Of a DNA stretch of 51,900 nt, positions 13,874-26,691 are shown piece after piece. How positions within the stretch are numbered: position 1 is the first letter of the stretch; every line of letters begins with the position of its first letter. A program made the translations under genes and the position numbers. The stretch is from Calcarisporiella thermophila CBS 279.70 (Eukaryota; Fungi; Calcarisporiellomycota): positions 154,608-206,507 of the forward strand of contig NW_027192200.1 in the NCBI RefSeq assembly GCF_041956535.1, in the 5' to 3' direction. Under the pieces are notes generated by a model. The model made no database searches. It worked only from the letters and a program-made list of their open reading frames with translations, and had not been told where the DNA came from.

Positions 13874-15169
13874 TTATTCTACCGTTTGCGGGAACTTTGC
13901 CGCAACGAGCCGTTGTTCCAGCGTTCTAAGGGCCTCTTCCTTCGCGAGTAGTTCCCTGCGCTTCTCCATGATCTCCTTCTGCACGCGCATTTCGATCTCG
14001 CGAATTTTCTCTTCCTCCTTACGTAGCTGCTCCTCTTTAATCATCACCGTCTGCTTCGACATGTCTTCAGGGTTCATGACCCCATCGTCATCTTTCACCT
14101 TTGTGCCGCTGCGCGAGAGTTTTTCAGTGCGATAGTTCTCATATAGGAAATCATGCGTAATTTCCTTGAGGTCTTCGAGATGAGTGCTATCAGGGAAATC
14201 TGAGTTAGAGATGACTAGGCAACACCCGGGCGAAAAGAGGAGTTACTTTAGCAGGGCCGTGCGAAGCCGAGCAAAATCCGAGTGCTTAGGATTGTTCACT
14301 TCGACTATCCCCCAGGGATACTGTCGCCCCCGCATGCGACGCCCATTGATGACTACCTCTTCTTCGCCTCCAACGATCGCAAATGGCAGAAGGCTACGCA
14401 ATTCGCTATTTTCGTCAACCGTTTCCTCGTCGTCCTCCTCCGGGTCGTAGGGGAAATTATAGATGGGAATGTTGTAGTACTCAATATCCTCCATCACCTA
14501 GACAGTGAATGTATAGGTGTAGTCGCTTGGATTTCAAAGGGGTGCGATCAACTCGTCTTACCTTTTTCTTGAACTCCTTCAACTCCCCGGGGGTAAACGT
14601 GTCGGCTTTTCCGATAACGGGAATGACGTTGACACGGGGGCTCAGTCGCCTCATGAGCTCAATATCAATTTCACGCAATCCGTGTCCTGTTGGTGTAATG
14701 AAATATAGCAGAGCGTGCACACGATTGTCCCTGAATCTTGGGTTTCGCTTAATGCGAGTTTCTTCGGCCAAAATATCGTCGTACTGGCGCTCCAAATAGC
14801 CCATGATTTCTTGGAAGCAGAATTCATTGTCAATGTTGTCGCCGAATCCGGGCGTGTCAACAATGGTTAGCGAGATGCGCACACCGTCTTCATCGAGCTC
14901 AACAGTCACCGGCTTGATGCGTATCCCTTCCTCGAGGTGAGCCGAATCGGGACTATCCGATTCCTTGTGTGCCAAAACTTCAGACCCAACGAGAGTATTA
15001 ACAAAGGTGGTCCTGCCCAAACCATGAGTCCCGACCACCATGATAGTAAACTGGAAACCCTTCTTCACATTCTTCCTACGACCACCGAGCCTCTATGGGT
15101 AATCCAGAAGGAAATTGAACATTAGGGCATAAAGATGAGGCATTTCTTGTTACTCACATGGGCCATCAT
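13874..15169 (-). CDS. CDC11: Septin, Cdc11/AspA group
   Basis: KKGFQFTIMVVG.HGLGRTTFVNTL (the P-loop R variant typical of this group), DTPGFGD, IKRNPRFRDNRVHALLYFI, GRQYPWG and a C-terminal coiled coil. The first coding exon is 12 nt (MMAH). Confidence 0.88.
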
Positions 15170-15537
15170 TTCCGATATGCTTTTTTATTGCAAATGAAGG
15201 GGGTGCTAGAAAACGAAGGTTAAAAAGATAGAGCTAGACGTAGAGATAAGAGAGTGCGAAATGGTCTTGGATTAATGACGGTTTTTCACTTTGGATTCTA
15301 GTATTTAGCATATACTCACATGATATCTCAAACGATTAATGAAGGGGAAACTACTGTTGAAAATGAAAAAAAGGAGACGCGAATTAAAATAAAAAATCAG
15401 TATCACCATATATGATCAGTTCGGTCTTCAGAAATTTCTGATACTCGTGACATCACATAAACAATCAACCCCCCCCCCTTGCGTTCATTTCTCCTCGAAC
15501 TTAGGAGTCTAGCCTCCGTATTTAAAATCCATTATAA

Positions 15538-15948
15538 ATGACAACGTTCCTGAGAAACCCTCTACGCTATATGCGTGCTATGGCGCACGAGAAGCCAGTA
15601 ATATTCTGGTCGCTTGTCATTGGCGCGATTGGTATGTATTCAGTGTTTTAGATTGCTCGATTTCTAATTTTGATCTATCTAATCTCGGATGCTCCGATTG
15701 TCAACGACCGGCATCGCTCTGCCACTAGGTCCTGTGGGTGTTGTGGTTATTCCTCCTGTGCGCAAGAAGTATTTTGGCTATGTACCTCCCGAGCCCATTC
15801 CTACAACTTATCCTTGTACGTACAATTTTACTGCTTCACTTTTACCCATTCTTAAGTTCATCTATTTCGAATCACATTGCTGATGTTTATTTCAACAGTG
15901 CCTAGGAGACCGCGCAACCCCCCTGCAGGTTATGAGGATGACGCATAA
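15538..15948 (+). CDS. NADH:ubiquinone oxidoreductase 9.5 kDa accessory subunit (NDUFA3-like), 3 exons
   Basis: Spliced MTTFLRNPLRYMRAMAHEKPVIFWSLVIGAIG|PVGVVVIPPVRKKYFGYVPPEPIPTTYP|LPRRPRNPPAGYEDDA*. Confidence 0.9.
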
Positions 15949-16129
15949 TTGTAAATGAATAAACTAGATTTATTGCAAATATTTTCTGGACGTATCTCCC
16001 CTCATCAACGAATGTACATATACAATATCCAATTTCAAACAGCACGAAGAGTCCATTTTCTCACTGAAGGCTACCTACACAGAAAAGTACAGCATTCACA
16101 AAAAGTCAAGCACGAACAAACGAAAATAT

Positions 16130-16573
16130 CTATATCTTCAAGGAGGCCTCCTGGTTGTCCGCATTTTCCTCTTTTTGAGGCAGCTGGGGACGCTTCTCCT
16201 CCGATGCGCGGCGCGCCACCAGGAAATCCTGCTCGTGCATCACCTGGATTTTGCCGCTGGTCAACTCGGCCTGATTCTCGTTACTGTTCAGGTTCTGCTG
16301 GCTGAAATGGGGAGAATTTAGTACCTGAGCTGGGATTCAAAAGAAAATTTGGAATCAAAGTGAACTAAACTCACTCAAGCTCATTCACCTCATCCCCCGT
16401 AACGCCCCAATTCCCATGGCCAGCTCCAGCTTTCTTGGGGTTGCCACGAATGTCGAATAATCCAGAGCTGTTGAGTTTGTGGAAGGGGGCAAGATCAGCA
16501 GGGACAAATACACAGGCAACAAGGTGCATCGGACTCACCGTTGATAGTGCCTCTCTTGTTTCTCTTGAGGCAT
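16130..16573 (-). CDS. Small hydrophilic Stf2/Tma10-like (HABP4/SERBP1-type motif) protein, 3 exons; not in the ORF track
   Basis: Spliced MPQEKQERHYQR|SGLFDIRGNPKKAGAGHGNWGVTGDEVNELD|QQNLN...ASLKI*, containing the PKK.G.G..NWG..GDE motif. GT-AG introns keep frame. Confidence 0.8.
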
Positions 16574-16985
16574 GTTTGAATACTTGTTTGTGTCGTGGCT
16601 ACGGGTCATACTGTCAAGCAACGATGTTAGCGCTTTGCCTTGGTGTGAAAAAAATATCTTGAAAATTCTACGCCGGGGTAAATTAACTCATTTTTCGAGC
16701 GTAATCATGAGAACAAAGGAGGCACAGCCACTTCAAACTCCGAAAACCCACTTTGATTTGGAAGAGATTGATTTCTCATCCATCCTTTTTTCCCATTTTT
16801 TTTTCTTGATTTTTTTTTCGTGTCCTCACCAAATATATCTTATTACTTGTTATTTTGCGTATAGGTGATTAGTAAGACCCGAACTATTTGTCTATATAGC
16901 ATCCATCTAATCTCTCTCTGTCGCTAACCTTTTCAATCTTAGCCACACTCCCCACTCTCTTCCATCTAATTTCATTACCATAAAA

Positions 16986-18156
16986 ATGGCCTCTCTTCGT
17001 GTACTTCGCGTCGCCTCCATCCGCATGGCCCAGACCCGTGCCCCGCTTTTCAATGCGACACGTCCCGCCGTACGCGCTTACTCCACCACTCCGCCTGAGA
17101 AGAAGTCTAACACTGGCCTCTGGGTTACGGCCGGTCTTATTGGTGCTGGTGCAGGCTACTACTTCTATTCGCAGCAGCAGGGCGTGACAACTCCCAGCGG
17201 TGCAAAGGACAACTTCAAGCCCAGTCAGGGTCCGCGTTCTGGAGAAGATTCCAAAAAGGTCGACTACAATGCGGTTTACAAAGCCATCGCTGACATTTTG
17301 GAGAATGATGAATACGACGATGGCTCCTATGGCCCCGTTCTGGTGCGTCTCGCTTGGCACGCGGCTGGTACGTACAGCAAGCATGATAACTCCGGCGGCT
17401 CGGACGGAGCTACCATGCGATTCAGCCCTGAGAGCGGCCATGGGGCCAACAAGGGGCTCGAGGTTGCCCGTGAACTGCTTGACAAAAAAATTAAGAGCAA
17501 GTTCCCGCAGATATCTTACGCTGATCTTTGGACGCTTGGAGGTGTAGTTGCCATTCAAGAGATGGGGGGCCCAATTATTCCTTGGAGGCCCGGCCGTAGC
17601 GATAAGATGAGCGGGCAAGATTGTGCTCCCGATGGCCGTCTTCCCGATGGAGCTAAGGGAGCTGGTATGTATATCGACGCTTCGCGGGCTCTAGTAGATG
17701 CCTCTGTCTAATGGCTGATTGGCTCTAATTCCAGATCACATCCGCGACATATTCTATCGCATGGGCTTCAATGACCAGGAAATTGTGGCCCTTGTGGGCG
17801 CTCACGCGCTAGGCCGTTGCCACTCGGATCGTTCCGGATTCGAAGGACCCTGGACCTTCTCGCCCACTATGTTCACAAACGAATTGTTTGTTCGCCTTCT
17901 CGAGGATGAATGGGTTGAGAAGAAGTGGAAGGGCCCCAAACAATTCGAAGACAAGAAGACCAAGAGCCTTATGATGCTTCCCACTGATATGGCGCTCAAG
18001 CAGGACAAGGAATTCCGTAAATGGGTTGAAATCTATGCTAAGGATCAGAACCGCTTCTTCGAAGACTTCTCGAAGGCTTTCTCCAAACTTCTCGAACTGG
18101 GTGTTAATTTCCCGAAAGATACGCCGGTGTATCGTTTCAAGCCTACGACTGAATAG
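16986..18156 (+). CDS. CCP1: Mitochondrial cytochrome c peroxidase, 2 exons
   Basis: Mitochondrial presequence, [30 protein letters not shown]...SGFEGPWT and [10 protein letters not shown]. Confidence 0.96.
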
Positions 18157-20233
18157 AGAAGAGGCGCCCCACGGCGTTTGGTGTTCATTTCCATCATTTC
18201 CTGTGACTCCTATCACTTGGTGGAAAAATGGTTTCGTGCTCATATAATTGGATTTCTTAAAAGTGTTTATTAATTGAAAATCATCAGTATTTCAACCCCC
18301 ACTCTTTTGTTTTGTTTGTTTTTTTTTCCTCTGTGATGGGAAAATAGGATTAAAATATGGATGCAGCGATACAGTAATAAACCGCCGATTTCCTAAGTTC
18401 AGAATCACCCCAGGAATACCGATGGGCTTCCCCATGAAAGCTTATCGTTATTCCTCGCTCAAGAGAAGGTTGTCCAGAGTGATATCAGACACACGCACAA
18501 CCACTGGTAAAGGAAAAGGTTCTCACCATCGAATTTCGGAGTCGAAGCCATCATTGGCCGTTAATTATAGAAACACTCCTCTGTTGTTTGGGCCCTCTTC
18601 GAACCTCCAATAACCCAGGTATGCATCGAACGCCCAGCACCCTTTCGAATTAGAGATAAGGTTTAACGCTCCAAGGTTAATTGGAAGCAGTATTTTCCGC
18701 GAGAAAGTACCAGCGTCAGACATAATGGCGGGCTTTACCCATGTGATAATTATAAGCTGGCAGCATTTCTAGAAGAGAAAAGTTGTCATCGCATTCCGGA
18801 TTCACACTGGAATTCGAAAAAATACAAAGTCCGATGGTACCTTCGCCTCGGAAGAGCTGTAGGGCTGTTGCGGAGAACTGTAGAGATGCAATAGCAATGA
18901 AGCCTCTGAACGCTGGGTCTTAGTTAGATATGACCCATCTCAGCATCCGATCCTCCAGATATTTGGAAACCATCGCAAATCTAAATAAGCTAGGAGTAGG
19001 TAGGCACCCATCGAATATGAGTGGACGCGTAGTGCGATGCGTTCTGCATTTGATGATAAACCCTACAGGTCGAGGCAACAGCGGCGGTTTGGTGGGATAG
19101 CGTGGCCACAGGAGAAAAGATCACCAATAATATTGGCGAATGGAGTGATGTGGCGGCCATTGGCATCAGGAGTTCTATTGGGACAAATTATGTGAGCATT
19201 AAGGTGGTATCTACAAGCGAACCATAATTGAATCAGATCGGTGTGAATGGCTTATAGCGTGCACAAATTACCTAAATTCAAAAGAGAAAGTTTGAGGAAC
19301 AAACGGCATGGTATTGGAAGGAGGCACTGGTCTACTGAGAATGAGAAGAGCAGCGGTTTCGAAAATCTCCTTAATTCACTCAAGGGCTATCAAACAGGGC
19401 TTAGGCCTCAGCCCGGGGTTGGGGAGGCGTCTATTGCCCAAGTCTCAAAAGCAAAAGTCCTGGGCCAAACAGCCGCGTATTACGAGAAAATGTGAGGAGT
19501 GATATATAACAGAGAACGAACAGATCGAGAGGCAAGGAGGGCCAGCGTCACGGGCGGGGTTGTAGCCCAACCTGAGAGAAAGTTAAAGCCAAGGCTTATT
19601 CTCGCTCACTCTCCCCCAATCTTTCTACGTTTCACCTCATTTTTTAATTTCTTAAGAAGGAGAAGGGTGTGGGTAACTCCCCGTAAGCTCATTTGAGCGC
19701 ACTGGCCAAGTGACCCCTCGAAGTCCTAGGGATTCAGCAGAGAAAAATGCGCTGTGCTACTCGACTCTTGGATAAGGAGGCCCCCCCTTCCCCATAGGGT
19801 TGGACCACACCCTCTTTCCATCCCCGCCCTCCCCACTTGTATGTATTACCAAAGCGAATCCGAAATATCGTTTAATACTATCGCCCCTAGTCTGTGAGGC
19901 CAAAAAGCTTGGTGGAACTAGAATGATAAATATTTGCTTCCCATTGAGGCAAATTATCAGTTTTCGGGAGAGAAGTTTTATACGCTCTAGAATCACGGCA
20001 CACCCGTCGGCATTGACTCAAAATCCTTGACACCGAGCTTGTTTACCTATTTTATTCTTTCCTTTTTTTTTTCTCGGCTCCTCTTTCTTTACACTCTACT
20101 GCTCTCCAGCAACTCTCTTCTTTCGCTAAAAGACAGAGACTCTGCCGAGGAACTGTGCCATACTACCCCCGTTCTCTTTAAGTTTAGGCTAGTTTGTTAC
20201 TGAGAACGCTTCCCGTGTCCTCTCGTTGCCAAC

Positions 20234-21573
20234 ATGGGCATTAAAAGCTTTTCGCCCGAGCAGATCAACTCATTCCTTGTAAGTGTGGATTGATATGACC
20301 GCAGGCAAGGTCGGCCAGGGTTCTAAAATTTTATCAATGACAAACCATTAGGTCACGGCCACAGTAGGCTCGATTATCAGCATTGCTGGGACGCTGACGG
20401 TTATCTTGGTAAGTAGTCCTAGACAAGGAGCCAAGCGGCCCTCGCGAGACTTACAATAAGTATATGTTCTAATCGGCATTAGACATTTCTCTTTTTTCCT
20501 CGGTTTCGCAATGCCACTACTCGGCTGATTCTATGGCTTGCCATTTCTGATCTAATCGCTTGCTCTGCTACCCTTTCCGGAAGGTGGGCTATTCACTCCT
20601 CGCCTCCGCTAACTTCACACAATAATAGCTAAATATATTGTTATTATTGCTCTAGGTGGGCAATAGCGGCTCCTGATTCTGCCGCGTGCCAAGCCCAAGG
20701 CTTCATAATGCAGTGGATGGATATATGTGCCTTTTTCTGGACAATGGCCATGGCGGTGAACATGATCCTGGTTATCGTCTTCCAACTTCCAGCCACCCGA
20801 GTCATGGCCTTTGAGAAGATTTGGATCGTCGTCTGCTTCTTCATCCCCTTTCTCATTACCCTGCCCATGCTCGTGGTGAACGAGCCGGGGAAGGGACATA
20901 TGATCGGAAATGCTCAGATGTGGTGCTGGATCAAAAACCAATATGCGGTCTGGCGGATGTATATATTCTATGCGCCTATGTGGATCATTTTCGTCATGGA
21001 TGCAGTCGCATACGTAGTGAGCGCCGTTTATTTGTTCAAAACAACACGTGAGATCATGTAAGTAATTTAATCCGCTTTATTAATTTTAACCCGGAAAATG
21101 GCGTAACGACGGTTCGACACCCATGTAGGCGCGCCAAGGTGAACAACTCTGCGCTCATGCGCTTCACAACCGTCTTCGTGAAGAACACGTCCATCTACCT
21201 TCTCTCGTATATCATTATCTGGTAATGCCTTAACACTAACCATATCCAGCAAATTATCCCTAACACACACATCCCTCTTCCCCTCGCCTCCACTCCATGT
21301 AGGATATTCCCTACCGCCAGCCGATTATACAATCTCACTACTGGAGAGTTCATCTACGAGTTGCAGTATCTGCAAGTGCTCATGGTCTCGCTCCGAGGAT
21401 TCGTCCACTTCGTCGCCTATTTCTACTCGACGTGGTTCGTTCCCATGCGCAAAAAGTCCACCACCGGAGCCAGCGGCCATCAACAAACGCAAGGGTCGAC
21501 GCTGGTCGGATCCAAATACCGAAGCGACAAGGGGGGGGGAGCCGTCCATCTCAAGAGTAGAGCTCTCCCGTGA
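20234..21573 (+). CDS. 7-TM G-protein-coupled receptor, cAMP-receptor-like (CAR/GCR1-type), multi-exon
   Basis: Spliced TM1 ...SIISIAGTLTVIL, RLILWLAISDL, CQAQGFIMQW, WT.AMAVN, WCWI, and L.SLRGFVHFVAY in TM7. Confidence 0.85.
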
Positions 21574-22863
21574 TATTGGGTATCGGCAAGACTACGATTC
21601 CGGCGATGATATGGAGCTGAGGACCCACTATCAACATCGAAGTTAAAGCCATTTTCCGATGCAAGTTCCCAAAAATTACGAGGCATCCCTTCTCCCTAAT
21701 CTATCTATTTATTACTTGTATACTTTTTAGTTGCTATTTTTTGTATTGTTCCTGAGAGTTAGACCTGTTATTTATTATTCCCTTAATGCAATTGTTTAGT
21801 ATGATTAAAGCCTCTTCGATTCTACAAGCACTGGGTGCAAGGCCTTGTGAGAAGTCAAGAAAGCGCCATCCTCTGCAAAACCCTTGGTGCTTGATTCAAA
21901 GCAATACAGGCTTAAATCTGTCGATGTCTAAAGGAGTCCAATTGTGTTCTGCCCTTATTTCTAAACCTCAAAATGGTATTTCCATGTAATAGAAATAAGT
22001 GCTATTTTATAGTTTAACTCGAATTGGTGACATACTGTTTTGCGTGGGAATAAAAATGGGTGTATAATTCCAAGTATTGCGCAGCTATCTGCCGAAGTAT
22101 TCTCATTACAAACAATGGTTAAGTTTGTGCTTTATCAAGTACTTAAATCGCTTGTGTAGGAAAATGAGGAAAAGGTTCTACTCATTTTTAACTCATAATA
22201 CATTCAGTGGGTTGGTTTCCTCCAATTCTTTAATTGATTAACCATGAATTTATGCAGTTCATGAAGGATATCGGTTGCGGTCGAATAGACCTTCGAACCC
22301 TAAGGGTCAACACAAGGGAATAACGTTGTTTGATTAAAACCCAAGCTTCCTACATGTTTTTTAAATAGATTTTGAAATAGCCTTATGCATGATACTATAT
22401 TGCTGGAGCAATGCAATGCTGCTTAAACACCTTATTCGAATCTAACGTTCTCAATTCAAGACTACATTAGGTTTGCCACTACTCCGATTTTGCATGAAAT
22501 GGAACAATCAAGTTGGAAGCATCATGTATGATAGTACTCGATAAAAGGATTCAGCGATCCCTTGTTTCTTCGCTCTTGCCAATGGGCACTGCAATAGATT
22601 CGGAGCACTCATCTCTACTAGAGATCATTCAAATGGCTAACGCCTCCTGCTCCCTCCAAGCCGTAACTGGCCCCCGTGATAAGCTATCAGCCGACTATCT
22701 CTTATTCTATTTTAAGGTCATCCACGTATAAATGTGCATCGATTAAATTGCACCTGACCCTCTCTTTATGTCTCCCTAGATTAAACATTCACCCTCTTGA
22801 ATATATAAATATAGGAAAGAGGACTGCTTCCTTTTATAATTTTGCATAAACACGGGTTTCAAT

Positions 22864-23826
22864 ATGGCTCCATTACAAGTCATCGGTGCAGGGTAACTAG
22901 AGTGTCCAATGCCAAAATATTCAAATCATGATAGAACCAACAAAGACTGAATTGCCTCCAAAGGTTCGGAAGAACGGGCACGTATTCCCTTATGATAGCC
23001 CTCAATGAGCTTGGGTTTGGCCCTTGCTATCATGCCCCATATGCTACTCCCGAGCACTTTCGCATATTCAGCGATGCTTTCGACGGGAAAGATGTCGACT
23101 GGGACAGGGTGTTCAACGGTTTCTCCTCCACCGTCAGTTGGCCTACCGTGTCTTTCTATAAGCAACTGATGTCAAAGTACCCGGACGCGAAATTGATATT
23201 GACCGTGCGGGATAGTAGCGAGGATTGGTGGGGAGTCTTTGGCCATATTTTCTGTATTCTAACCATCTGAAGATGGTTTTTTTTCTTCTTTGGCGTTGGC
23301 TTGTATGATTTAGGTGTGAAAGCATCTCGAAAACCATAGCCTCCCTGCGTCCAAAAACCACTTCCCTCCTCGATCGGCTCGTATTTCCGCTGGCCGTGGG
23401 CTTCGAGCGATGGAATTACACCAAAAAACTCGACAAGTACATATTCAAGGGTCATCTCAATGATAAAGCACAGCTGGCGAAGATCTACGAAAGACACTGC
23501 GAAGAGGTCAAGCGCACGGTACCTGCAGACAGGCTCCTCGTATTCAACGTAAACCTGCTGGCTGGAAAAATCCGATTTTCAATGGGATAAAATCTCAATT
23601 AATGGATGCCAATCTTTGTATGTAGGTAAAAGAAGGGTGGGAGCCTTTGTGCAAGTTCCTTGGGGTTTCTGAAATACCAGACCATGCGTTCCCAAGAAAA
23701 AATGACCCGGAGGAGTTTGATAAAATATTTCGCCTACCAGTCGAAAAAAATAACAGCTTTGTCCGATGGGGCCTCAGCTCGATCATGATAGCACTTATCA
23801 CGGTCGTATATGGGTTGAACTTTTGA
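22864..23826 (+). CDS. P-loop sulfotransferase-domain protein (Sulfotransfer_4-like), 4 exons
   Basis: MAPLQVIGAG|FGRTGT.SL..AL..LGFGPCYH, YPDAKLILTVRD, VKRTVPADRLLVFN|VKEGWEPLCKFLG...FPRKN, and a hydrophobic C-terminus. Confidence 0.88.
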
Positions 23827-24612
23827 AACTGGAAAGTAACAGGAGTTCTATTGTGTATTATGACTTGAACTTTATTAAATGTCGAAATGCACATTAATAT
23901 ATCTGATTCCAATGTCCATCTCTTCCGCTTTACCTACAACTTATAAAAAAATCGCCTCATTTCACAGAGCTAGTTGAGGGTTGGGTGTAATACATAACAC
24001 GGCAACGCACCCATTGTTTCTTCCGATGCATGCTGTCCGAAATGCCGATACCGGTAAGATCGCCCTTGATTAACTCTGAAATCAGCTTGCCCTATCAACA
24101 GACCCATCCTAAATATTAAATAGTAGCGGTGCAAACCTATTTATGTCATGTTCGCTTTGCTTGACCCATGTTCTCTTGGACATTACCAGTTGTTATTCGG
24201 ACGATGTGTGAAGATGCTCAAGTCTCTCTACTCTCAGTGCTCACTGGGGTGATTGGAGGTTGTCTTGGTGAAAAGAGCTCCCGTAGACCGAGAGCCTTCG
24301 CGAACCAATGTTCGCGTTTCATTCAGCTTGTCGGCCCAGTCAACTCTGGCAGGAGAGCTCTAATTTTTGAAAGAGTTTATTTTTCATACTAGAATATTTT
24401 TATAAAAATGAAAATAAAACAGATAAAATAATCCAAGAGAAATAAAAAAAAAGAAAAACCCCCAAAAGTAAAAAAATATAAGAGAGGAGAAAGCAAACAA
24501 TATCATATTGTATCTAAACAGAACAGTTTTTCGTTTTCATTACAACCGCCTCTTTTTAGTCACAAAGGTGGAGAGAAAGAAAGGGGAAAAAAAGGAACAC
24601 GCTGCTCGTACA

Positions 24613-26249
24613 TTAGAGGACAAAAGCATCCAGCCCAGATTCACCCATCTCTTTCGCGAATAACTCCCAGTATTGATAAATACTTGTTACAGCAAGAAGA
24701 ATACCGGTACCGGAGCCAATGGCACCCAGAAGATCAGCCGTCACAGACAGCGCACCAATGCAAGCACCACCGAAGGCAGCGGCAACAGGAATAACACGCT
24801 TCAGCTCCTTGTACATGGATGTGTCACGATAACCTGCAATCACCATCTGCTGATCCTTTAGCTGTCTGGCCACATCGCGAGCAGAGGCACCCGATACTTC
24901 GATCCACATCTTCGAGAACATAGCGCATGCCGTCAGCATAAACGCGACGTATCCGATAGTATGAATCGGATCAAGTAGCGCAGCAGTTATGTTGTGCGGA
25001 GGCGACATATAATAGACCACTCCCTTGGTGGCAAACAGCTGTGCCGAGCCCTCAAGTGGCTCCCACACACCAAGCATCCGAACGAAGAGGTTGTCGGGGA
25101 AGCGGTTGTAAAGCATCTGAGAAATCAGGAACACGTTGGAGGTCAAGGCGGATTGAAGCATAATGGGCATATTGGACGTGTAGAAAAGCTTGACGGGGTA
25201 GGTACCACGCTGGCCACGATACCGGTTGGATTTCACTGGCAGTTCGACGCGGAAGCCTTGCAGATAAATGACGACGGCAAAAATGGCCACCGTGGCAAGC
25301 AAATTCATGATGTTGGGAAGACTCTGGCGGTAGAATACATCACGCAGAGCACGGACTTTGTCGCGACGCGTCAGCAATGCGTGGAACATGTTGATGACGG
25401 CACCCTCAAACTCGGGACCACGGCCAGTATTGTACGTCGATGGGGAGAAGGCCTTCCAAACAATGACTTCGCAAATGTTGGTTGCAATGAAAAGTGAAAT
25501 TCCAGATCCCAATCCATATCCCTTTTGCAACAGCTCGTCCAAGAGCATCACAAGTAAACCTCCGACCACAAGTTGCAGGATCAAAAGCAGACAGATACCC
25601 GCTCCGATTTCAGAAGGGCTCCCGTACATGCCAGTCATGACCGAGACAGTGGCCTGTCCGAACGCAATAATCATGGCGAAAAGTTTTTGGGCGCCATTGA
25701 AGAGCGAGCGATCTTCCTTCAAGCTATAGTCAACCTCGATAATATTTGCGCCGGCCAACAACTGCATAATCATCCCAGATGTGACTACGGGTGTAATACC
25801 GAGTTCCATCAAAGTTCCACGATTCGAGGCAAGAATTACTGTTTCATAGTTGTAGGTATAAAATTATCCGGGTTATATTCGGTGCAAGAATATTGATAAT
25901 TACCGCGCATCCAGTAGAGGGGGTCGGATGAGTCCGAAGACATGATTCCATAGATGGGAATTTGAGAACATACTAAAAAGATAAGCAGTGTGACGAGGGT
26001 CCAGAGCACCTTTTGCCGGAAAGGCACCTATAAACAAAAGCGCATAAATATGTTTAAAATGACAAGAAGACACAAATTTCTTAAAGCTACCTTACGATCG
26101 GGCGATGCAATTTCCGGCAAAATGAACATAAAAGGCCGGATGAGATTTAAGAACCGGACTATTATCAAATAACATCACCACCAAGTTACTATGCGTTCGC
26201 CTTTTTTAACAGTACTACTAGTATCATGAGAGATGAACTTACACCCCAT
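24613..26249 (-). CDS. SEC61: Protein translocon subunit Sec61 alpha
   Basis: MG|[10 protein letters not shown]...PFRQKVLWT...SSDPLYWMR...[10 protein letters not shown]...[16 protein letters not shown]...[13 protein letters not shown]. The first coding exon is 7 nt. Confidence 0.98.
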
Positions 26250-26691
26250 GTCGACTCAATTTACAATTATTTTCGAAAAGAGAGGAAAATCGTCGACAAA
26301 TCTGAATAGAAATATTCTGCGAAGAAGAATACTTGACTCTCCTCTCAAAATTCTCGTATAATATGAAAATAAAGGGTTGGTGATAAAAAGGAATGTTCAG
26401 AAATAACCCGCTAATCGTAGTTAAAAGTTTAAGGGTGATCTCTAGAATAAAAAAAAAATTATAGTCGCGTTTTGTTGCCTACCCAATAGATGCGTACCAC
26501 GCTCAGAAAAAAAAAACTGCGATGCTGACGTAACAAATTGATGAAATACTAATTAATCTCATCTGTACTTACTAGGATTTTCAAGGGGAATTATCGACAT
26601 CTCTAAATAAATTCGATTGACCGTTTTTGCAGTTTATGTGACAAAGTAGAATATTTATAACACATTGAAAATATGGCATAGCGCTTTTTTT

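Noticed and set aside
16884-17618. 244-aa antisense ORF, and similar antisense ORFs over SEC61, the septin and RFC
   Set aside because: These are shadow ORFs opposite conserved, codon-biased genes, with no recognisable motifs.
18300-20200. Short ORFs in the 2-kb region upstream of the GPCR
   Set aside because: No motifs, splice structure or coding bias recognised; most likely promoter and 5'UTR.
21098-21122. A-box- and B-box-like words (TGGCGTAACG, GGTTCGACACC) in a GPCR intron
   Set aside because: The boxes are almost adjacent and no cloverleaf forms, so this is probably chance.
24290-24335. SECIS or hammerhead ribozyme (CTGAATGA...GAAG on the minus strand)
   Set aside because: The helix is too short for SECIS and no in-frame UGA was found in neighbouring genes. 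The hammerhead core is mismatched (not CUGANGA/GAAA) and stem I cannot form.
23900-24370. Telomerase RNA (three-way junction followed by an Sm-like site on the plus strand)
   Set aside because: No telomeric template-like sequence was found in the available intergenic space, and G-U pairing favours the other strand.
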